A DNA stretch of 64,000 nucleotides, taken from the sequence record NC_061450.1. One strand, written 5' to 3'. This document shows positions 55,467 through 62,152 of this stretch, in pieces. The notes under the pieces are model-generated. The model did not search any database. It was not told where the DNA came from and was given only the letters and a program-made list of their open reading frames with translations. Every line of letters starts with the position of its first letter. Within the stretch, counting starts at the first letter, position 1. Made by a program: the position numbers and the translations under genes.

Positions 55467-56497
55467 TTATACTTCCCCTTAACGGAGTAGATAAGACCTT
55501 CTTTACGCATGACAATAAGGTATTTGGCCTTGCGGTCAGAATTGATCTCACCACGAATCACATTGCTGATGTGGATTTTCTTTGCGTCACCAACACTGAG
55601 CGCTGTATTGGATTCAACAAAGCTAAAGCCAGAATCAGAGACAGATAAGGTATTGTTTTTTGCATCCGGGTTTAGTTTATCCGGACGACTACCTTGCTTG
55701 TTGGTATTGTCGGACCAACGTTGCCAATGGGCTGCACAAGAAGTCAAAGCACGACTAACAAGGCTGCGAGGGATTTTCAGGCCATGCTTTAAGTAAGCTG
55801 ATCGCAGCTCCGTGATATAGGTGCTGGTCGGCAATGGAGCTTCTTTGCTTTTCTGCTTAGGGAATCGATTGATTGTATATGCCCACCAATGATTGTAAGC
55901 ATCAACCTTGATAGCAATATACTTCTCAAGGATTGCAGCCTGTTCCAAAGTACACTCGATTTCAAATTCAAATGCTTTTGGATCGTCTTTGTCGCGGAGC
56001 TTGATTTCATTCTGCTCTGCAAGCCAGACCTTCTTGTTCATAAATCGAACGCAGTTAATCCAAGAGTACAGGAAAGAAACCTTGGACGAGTCTTTTGGAG
56101 GAACATCACCAAACAACTCCACCAGCAACGGAATGGCAAAACCAAAATCAATCTTTTGCTGAATGAACAACAGTTTGATGTCGGCATCGGTAAGATTGGT
56201 TCCAGCACGATAGGAATCAAAGAACTTTTTAGTTCTGCCATAACTAGCCAACAAGTCAGCAGGCATTACGTCCAATTCCTTGGAGGTATATTCCTTATCA
56301 ATCAAGATCGACAAAGCCTGAGCGATTGAAATCTCAGGCCAGGTACGATAGTCTTCTAATGGAAATTTTCTGCGATGATGCTCATACAGATAAAGGAAAT
56401 CCCCGATGCGGGAATAACGCGACTCAATATCTGCGAGGTTGTCGCTCTGGCTTGACACCCGGTCTGCGGTTTTCGCGGGGCGCTCTGTCTTCGCCAT
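55463..56497 (-). CDS. Protein with unknown N-terminal domain fused to a TnpB/IS605-OrfB-like REC-WED lobe, no RuvC
   Basis: aa 174-344: KAFEFEIECTLEQAAILEK...AYN (HTH_OrfB_IS605-like), YITELRS, KIPRSLVSRALTSCAAHWQRW, GSRPDKL, then WED-like strands; stop before any RuvC Asp. Confidence 0.55.
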   Translation of the reverse strand: MAKTERPAKTADRVSSQSDNLADIESRYSRIGDFLYLYEHHRRKFPLEDYRTWPEISIAQALSILIDKEYTSKELDVMPADLLASYGRTKKFFDSYRAGTNLTDADIKLLFIQQKIDFGFAIPLLVELFGDVPPKDSSKVSFLYSWINCVRFMNKKVWLAEQNEIKLRDKDDPKAFEFEIECTLEQAAILEKYIAIKVDAYNHWWAYTINRFPKQKSKEAPLPTSTYITELRSAYLKHGLKIPRSLVSRALTSCAAHWQRWSDNTNKQGSRPDKLNPDAKNNTLSVSDSGFSFVESNTALSVGDAKKIHISNVIRGEINSDRKAKYLIVMRKEGLIYSVKGKYK

Positions 56498-56505
56498 AGG
56501 TCCTC

Positions 56506-58179
56506 TCAGTGTTTTTCGGTGTAGTATTTGATATACGCACTATTTACAGTTTCTTGCTGATCACGAGAAACCTTCTTACTTGTGATACAACGTCGGTCAC
56601 TGCTAAACGTATGGCCATTCTCCCACACCTTCTTGAAAAGAAGCACCGAATCGGTATCGTCGTAGAAAGGCTTTACATCCATTGGGATGACGTTGTTGTA
56701 CTCACCTAGTATGGAGGCACCATCAAATTCAGCGCTGCACCAAAGGTTGGTAGCAATCACAGAAAGCAGTTGACGAGATTCGGTCCCCTGAAGAAAATGA
56801 CTCAACACAGAGTAACGTTCCCGTTTGAACTTGGAGACGCCAACACGCTGCACACAGCCCATGTCATTTTTAAAATGATACACACCATCAGGGCAACGAG
56901 TTTTTGAGGCAATGGTTGTCAGCAAAGTTTCAATCGATTTACTGATCTCCTTGTGCAGACTTTTCCAGTTGCGCCAAATGTCCATCACAAACTTTCTATG
57001 CAACTGCTTAGTTTCGTTGTTGTCCACTCCTTCAATTTTCTTCAACTTGGCACGTACCTTGCTGTCGCGCCAAAGACTTTCAAACAGAGGTGTTCTGTAA
57101 GGAATCAAAGATTGCTTGTCGTGGTCGAATACGATAATGATAGGAACGTTGTTCCAGCCTTTGAAAATCCCACCAAAGTTAAGTTGCTTGGCAGTCTCGC
57201 GAGTTATGCCTAAGATTTTGGCAAGCTCCGTGTGACTAAGCTGGATTTTCTCAGGAAAAGGTACTTCGTATTTGATGAACAACTCTTTGAGGATTGTAAC
57301 CTGAGCCTGAGGCATGTCGTAGTTTGAGGCGTAGTCGTGATCAAAGCACAGGTGTTTTACCACACGGAGCAAGGCCTGACTATTGCCAAACATCCTGCTG
57401 CCCACTTCGTTTATCCTGTAGCTATCGTAAAACTCAACTATCCTATCACCAGGAACTCCGCCCACTACCTTCATTTTAAGATTGCAGATCTGCTCCAGCA
57501 CAACCCACAGTCTCTGATAGCTGCTCTTTTTACCTTTCGCCGATAAATTTCTCAGGCAGTCCATCATACGGTCCAAATAAAAGCGATAGGGCCTTTGATT
57601 CTCCCACGCCTGCTTGATTAGTTGCTCAAGCTCCTTGTTGCCCCGACGCATGTGTTTAGCATCAGGACGACGGAATTTTGGCTTTTTGATCTCCGCCACA
57701 ATACTTTTTTCGACAATTCCTGCAATAGACGGAGCTTTCGCCTTGCGTCGCCTGCGGACCGTAATGTCATACAGGGGCTCATCTATGATAAAGGCCTTGC
57801 GAAATGCCCGTAGGAAGCTTGGCTTGAACTGCCATTCGCGGCTAAGACCTAAAATTTTGCTGTGTTTTGTGACAATTAAGGTTTTCTCCAACCACTCCTG
57901 AACAGCAACCGATTTATGGTAGTGCATGGCATATCTGGCGGGATTCCCCCTTTGATTGAACCACGACCACGCCATAGGGATTTGACCCTTGTCGCTGCGG
58001 CTGGTTAACCCTGTGCGTTCTGCAAGGTGCAGGAATAAGAAACCAAGACTCTCTCTAAACTTTGTTGCATCGGCCCCTTGAGGTACTGGGCACTTATCTA
58101 TGGTCTGATCCCAAAACAGCCTGTGGACAGACAGAGGAACAAGACGCGTTCCACGGTAAGTGATTTTCTTCATCAACAC
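56506..58179 (-). CDS. Compact family-A-like polymerase (TV-Pol-like), no exonuclease, possible N-terminal wHTH
   Basis: GSRMFGNSQAL (motif 2), NYDMPQAQVTIL (motif A, D288), RETAKQLNFGGIF (motif B, R327/K331), FLQGTES, SAEFDGA (motif C, D486); 557 aa. Confidence 0.7.
   Translation of the reverse strand: MLMKKITYRGTRLVPLSVHRLFWDQTIDKCPVPQGADATKFRESLGFLFLHLAERTGLTSRSDKGQIPMAWSWFNQRGNPARYAMHYHKSVAVQEWLEKTLIVTKHSKILGLSREWQFKPSFLRAFRKAFIIDEPLYDITVRRRRKAKAPSIAGIVEKSIVAEIKKPKFRRPDAKHMRRGNKELEQLIKQAWENQRPYRFYLDRMMDCLRNLSAKGKKSSYQRLWVVLEQICNLKMKVVGGVPGDRIVEFYDSYRINEVGSRMFGNSQALLRVVKHLCFDHDYASNYDMPQAQVTILKELFIKYEVPFPEKIQLSHTELAKILGITRETAKQLNFGGIFKGWNNVPIIIVFDHDKQSLIPYRTPLFESLWRDSKVRAKLKKIEGVDNNETKQLHRKFVMDIWRNWKSLHKEISKSIETLLTTIASKTRCPDGVYHFKNDMGCVQRVGVSKFKRERYSVLSHFLQGTESRQLLSVIATNLWCSAEFDGASILGEYNNVIPMDVKPFYDDTDSVLLFKKVWENGHTFSSDRRCITSKKVSRDQQETVNSAYIKYYTEKH
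56541..56549 (-). promoter_or_regulatory. Putative phage promoter motif CTGTAAATA
   Basis: 44 nt upstream of the start at 56497 (inside the 3' end of the upstream CDS). Confidence 0.5.
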
Positions 58180-58203
58180 TCGCTTTTGTACTTCGATGCC
58201 AGT

Positions 58204-58212
58204 TATTTACAA
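58204..58212 (-). promoter_or_regulatory. Promoter motif variant TTGTAAATA
   Basis: 25 nt upstream of the polymerase-like gene. Confidence 0.5.
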
Positions 58213-58665
58213 ATTCCTTTGCGTTCGCTGGCTTTTCTTCGGAGCATGGACATGAAAGGCTTATAAAATCTCTGGGTACGTCTATAAAACAAGAATATCC
58301 TCTATACCAACATGGGATCAGAGGCAGATAACACGATGAATGAGACAGTTAGGGTCTCATGATTTTAGCGATATTTTTCGGCTAGATCTGGTCTATGGCA
58401 CACCGTAGGCAGGTCACTAGGCGCGGTATGGACGCCATAGGTCGATCCCGTCAATAGCACCCAAAAACCGTACATTAGAGGGCTATTTCGAACAGTGAGC
58501 TTCATAGGTCGCCCAGGAGCGAAATCTGTGGAGGTCGAAAAGTGCCGTCCTCAAGGAATTACGCCCAGGGCATCCGTAGACACCCTATAGGCGCTTCCTC
58601 TGCTGGTCAAAAATTTCTAATCCAAGATTTTCAGACGAATCTCAGAGATTTTTACCCGCCATAGA
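58213..58665. other. Long non-coding region with long-range inverted repeats (origin or ncRNA candidate)
   Basis: AAAATCTCTG (58265-58274) / CAGAGATTTT (58643-58652); GTCTATGGC (58391-58399) / GCCATAGAC (58658-58666); ATGAGAC hairpin at 58340-58360. Confidence 0.4.
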
Positions 58666-59367
58666 CTATTTTTTACGGCTGACCACTTTGTTTAGCTTAA
58701 CGCCGATGGACGTTAGAATGCGCTGAACCGTCTGGCCATCATGATTTTTAATTGCCTGAGCCAGTTCATCACCCTGCTCACGGCTTAATTCAGGCATGAT
58801 CAGCTTCAACATCTGGCTGCGTGCTTTAGCGCTAGGGCTTTTTCCACGCGATTCGCTGGCCATAATCGTTGTAGCAGGCACGCCTTCACGCTCCTGATCT
58901 TCCAAAGGAGCGGCTTCAACGCCTGGAGGACGTTTGACAATGCGCTGCGGACCCTCGCCACGCAGGATAGCAGCCAGACGTTCGCCCAGAGGTGCAAACA
59001 GGCGCTCAAACTCTGACTTTGGCTGCCACGTATCGCTGTTGCTGTAGGTGAACACCTCTGTATCGCGCAGATTCTCACCCTTGTTGCCCAGATTCGCTGC
59101 CTTGCGTGCCAGATCCCGGCCCACTTCCTGCTCATCGTCCTTGAGGCGACCACCTTCAACAGCTTTAGGCCCGGGCGCAGCACGGAAATCAGTGTTGTCC
59201 ACGCCTACCCGCTTATCGGTCAAACGAGATTGATCCCCAATGGCCGTAGGCTTAACATCGCGTACGGGATCTGGATTGTTGGTAGAATCATTGATTGACT
59301 GATTAGGCGTTACATTAGGTGGCTGAGTCACGGAGTTCTCGCGGCTCAGGCTTAAACGTAGTTTCAT
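58666..59367 (-). CDS. Putative virion protein (SLSR motif)
   Basis: Likely start MKLRLSLSRENS (GAGG RBS); 233 aa. Confidence 0.55.
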   Translation of the reverse strand: MKLRLSLSRENSVTQPPNVTPNQSINDSTNNPDPVRDVKPTAIGDQSRLTDKRVGVDNTDFRAAPGPKAVEGGRLKDDEQEVGRDLARKAANLGNKGENLRDTEVFTYSNSDTWQPKSEFERLFAPLGERLAAILRGEGPQRIVKRPPGVEAAPLEDQEREGVPATTIMASESRGKSPSAKARSQMLKLIMPELSREQGDELAQAIKNHDGQTVQRILTSIGVKLNKVVSRKK

Positions 59368-59378
59368 TTCGTTTCCTC

Positions 59379-60479
59379 TTAGCGGACTACAAAGCCCTTG
59401 TTGATGTTGTATTGAATTTCTTTGCGTTGAACAGGACGTGTGGTAGCAACCCATTCCCATGCCTGCTGACGTGAGTTGCGTTTCTTGGGCGCCTCCATAA
59501 CCTTGAGCACATAGTTCCTGTCCGGCAGAACAATAAGGTCCTCAGGCTCAATCATACCAACAGAAGCCGGCAGGACAACCGTGATGTTGCCGATGGTCAG
59601 CTCCTGATCGTAGTTCAACACGTTGGCTTCTTCACTGATATTACACTTAACAGGCGTAACACCCTGATCAAAAATCATAACGCAGTGTGTGAACGTTTCG
59701 ACATTGCGAACGCGAATGATAATATTCTGTCCACGATGCTGATCAAGCAAGGCCATTGTGAGTTCCGTAGGCTGTTTATTGATAACTGCCATTGGTCGGT
59801 ACTCTGCACCATACAGCTTATCGTTTTCCCTGATGCTGTATTTAACTGTTTTGAAATACTTGGGCACGGTAACGTCAAAGTCCACATAGCCGTCCTTGCG
59901 TACCTGCCTGAACAGCAATGGAGCAACTGATGGGTCAAGGCTGTAGCCTGTGTAACTGTCCACGTGATGGTGAGTCATTACAACGTATTGATAGCCTACT
60001 GCTGCAAACCCTGGCTGCACACCCTGACGGTAGCAGATGCCACAGTTGACCACGTTGCCTCCATCCCAGCGTGTATCAAAGTCACCACCGTCTGTTGCGA
60101 GATCTACTGCATCAATCATGGCACGCTCTGCGCCATTGATCTCATCCAGAGAAATGGCATTCGGACGGCCACCACCAAACATGGTACGGTTGGCAGGAAC
60201 GATTTCAACATTGCGCTGGTGGATATCAGACTCACGTCCAACAGACTTCAATCCGCCTTTTGTTTCGCCTGGCAGATTATCAACACGGTTGCAGCTACAC
60301 ACAAGACCAAACTTGGCCTTCTTGAAGATAATGCAACGTGTGGCATCCACGGCAAGCGCCTGTTCAACTTTGGACTGTACTGCAGGAATGATGCTGTCCA
60401 TCCTTTGTTGGACGCGGTCTCCTTCAAACGTTTTGTAGCGGGTAAACGGAACATTTTTACCGCGTTTAATCCAGCTCAT
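59379..60479 (-). CDS. Putative neck/head-closure structural protein
   Basis: 366 aa; CSC and CGICY zinc-type cysteines, beta-rich C-terminus; late-type motif upstream; function inferred only. Confidence 0.45.
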   Translation of the reverse strand: MSWIKRGKNVPFTRYKTFEGDRVQQRMDSIIPAVQSKVEQALAVDATRCIIFKKAKFGLVCSCNRVDNLPGETKGGLKSVGRESDIHQRNVEIVPANRTMFGGGRPNAISLDEINGAERAMIDAVDLATDGGDFDTRWDGGNVVNCGICYRQGVQPGFAAVGYQYVVMTHHHVDSYTGYSLDPSVAPLLFRQVRKDGYVDFDVTVPKYFKTVKYSIRENDKLYGAEYRPMAVINKQPTELTMALLDQHRGQNIIIRVRNVETFTHCVMIFDQGVTPVKCNISEEANVLNYDQELTIGNITVVLPASVGMIEPEDLIVLPDRNYVLKVMEAPKKRNSRQQAWEWVATTRPVQRKEIQYNINKGFVVR

Positions 60480-60499
60480 ATAGTTCTCCTCTAGTCATG

Positions 60500-60508
60500 A
60501 AAATTAGT
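60500..60508 (-). promoter_or_regulatory. Putative late-type promoter motif ACTAATTTT in the divergent promoter region
   Basis: 21 nt upstream of the start at 60479; the strand switch occurs here. Confidence 0.5.
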
Positions 60509-60583
60509 GACAAGATTTTAGCATTCACTCCTAAGAATAGTTATTTCTTGTTGCTTATAACTTTTAGCCCATGTGAGGCCATT

Positions 60584-61132
60584 ATGCGCATTCTTACGGG
60601 CGACCCTGGTAAAGTTAATTTTGCCCTCTCAGTTATTGAGGTCAAAGGTAAACACCTAGATGTGATTGGCACGCGTATGTTTCGCAAGCCTATCCAGAAT
60701 TTGCATCTGGACATGCGTCAGCCTACCAAAGAGTTCCTTCAAGAACTGCGCGAAATGAACAAGAAATATGGACCGTTTGATGCCTTGTGCTTTGAACGAT
60801 TCCAGTCGCGTGGACTAGGAGGCAACACAATAGAGGCGATCAGTTTGATGCTGGGTGTTGTATCAGTGTTTGCCCTACAACAAAACATACCTCTTGACTT
60901 GATCACAGCAAGCCAGTGGAAAAATGCTTTCAATCGTCAGATGGTCCTCAAAGACTTTTATGCCGAGTTCAACCTAACGTCCAAAAAGAGTCGCAAAGCA
61001 ATCCATGAGTTTGATGCGACGCTTATCGGCATTTATACCTTCTGCCGACACAACAACGTTAAACCATTTGCTGGGTTCAATAAGGTGATCTATCCCTTTA
61101 TTGAGAAGTTCCTGTCCAGCCCCGTCCTTTAG
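60584..61132 (+). CDS. RuvC-like Holliday junction resolvase
   Basis: Likely start MRILTGDPGKVNFA (GAGG RBS); catalytic D (GDPG), E (CFERF), D (HEFDA); 182 aa. Confidence 0.8.
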   Translation: MRILTGDPGKVNFALSVIEVKGKHLDVIGTRMFRKPIQNLHLDMRQPTKEFLQELREMNKKYGPFDALCFERFQSRGLGGNTIEAISLMLGVVSVFALQQNIPLDLITASQWKNAFNRQMVLKDFYAEFNLTSKKSRKAIHEFDATLIGIYTFCRHNNVKPFAGFNKVIYPFIEKFLSSPVL

Positions 61133-61140
61133 GAGCGAAC

Positions 61141-61434
61141 ATGATTTCTGAATACGATATCGTTGGCGTGATCAACCAATTTGCAATGCCTGTGTACGTG
61201 CACCAGAGCCAAGTTGCTCGACTGACCGAAACCCGTCTGTTCCTTGAAGAACCTGTCAAGTTGAAACAAGATGCCGACGTGTCTGAGCAGGACCAACTCA
61301 GCGAGGCTATTCGCCTTAAGCTGGAGAAACTGGGCATCAAAGATCGCACCTATATTTCTTTCCGCGAGCCTCAGGAAGTCCAAGCGGGGGACAACAAACT
61401 GACCTTTGTTTACCTGGGCTTTCTCCAACAGTAG
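61141..61434 (+). CDS. Hypothetical protein
   Basis: 97 aa, AGGAG RBS. Confidence 0.65.
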   Translation: MISEYDIVGVINQFAMPVYVHQSQVARLTETRLFLEEPVKLKQDADVSEQDQLSEAIRLKLEKLGIKDRTYISFREPQEVQAGDNKLTFVYLGFLQQ

Positions 61435-61444
61435 CCACCAAATA

Positions 61445-61453
61445 CTGTAAATA
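61445..61453 (+). promoter_or_regulatory. Putative phage promoter motif CTGTAAATA (plus strand)
   Basis: 43 nt upstream of the plus-strand gene at 61496; CTGTAAATC variant at 61474-61482. Confidence 0.65.
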
Positions 61454-61495
61454 AACCTCAGGTTAAAGTATATCTGTAAATCAGAGGATTTGTTT

Positions 61496-62152
61496 ATGGC
61501 ACAGGCAACAAAAAAGAAATTGAAACAGCGGCGGGCAAAGCCCTTACCTGCCGCTATTCCTGTGCGTGTGATTGAGGACACGAGGCCTGTCAATACGTGT
61601 CCCGAATTGGAAAGCGATACGGAACCATTTATGTTCCGAGGCCAGTGTCCAATCACTCGCTGCCAGTATTGCACCACCAGCAGTTCAACAGGATGTATGG
61701 CTCTGGACCGCCGTGAAGCTAGTGACCGTAGCATCAGCCACAAGGAGATTGCATACTACAAACGTGGTCTGTTTCCTGAACTGCGTGACTACGACCAAAA
61801 GCAACTTGATACAATCATCCGCCAGGCGCAGACGCGTGCTAAAGCCGCAGTCGCCCTGAGCAGTTACATTGCCCAGCTTGATGATACCGACTGTGATAAA
61901 ACTTTCACGTATCAGCCAGGCAAGAACCAGTGGATTGATCATGTTCACAACTACATGACTCAAACGTTCTCTGGTTATCGACCGTGGATGATGGCATATC
62001 TGGACGACGCCGTGCGCTTCCGTGCTGCCGTCAAAAAGATTGCCGATGTTGAAATTCAATTAGGCACAACGCTGCGCCTCACTCCCAAGAAGTATCTTGG
62101 CTTTTGCGCGGCGCTGAAAAAACTTAAACAGTCTGGAGATAAAAATGTCTGA
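61496..62152 (+). CDS. Hypothetical protein with Cys cluster, possible Zn-binding DNA-binding regulator
   Basis: CPITRCQYC...GC, then an ISHKEIAYY HTH-like segment; 218 aa. Confidence 0.45.
   Translation: MAQATKKKLKQRRAKPLPAAIPVRVIEDTRPVNTCPELESDTEPFMFRGQCPITRCQYCTTSSSTGCMALDRREASDRSISHKEIAYYKRGLFPELRDYDQKQLDTIIRQAQTRAKAAVALSSYIAQLDDTDCDKTFTYQPGKNQWIDHVHNYMTQTFSGYRPWMMAYLDDAVRFRAAVKKIADVEIQLGTTLRLTPKKYLGFCAALKKLKQSGDKNV

Noticed and set aside
55463-56497. An active IS605/IS200 insertion element
   Set aside because: No tnpA, no RuvC domain, no subterminal hairpins recognised, and the gene is tightly coupled to its neighbours.
678-60494. Numerous plus-strand ORFs antisense to minus-strand genes (e.g. 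10685..11917, 20814..21833, 6106..6876, 48644..49396)
   Set aside because: They are shadow ORFs of long genes with biased codon usage, lack recognisable motifs, and fully overlap well-supported genes.
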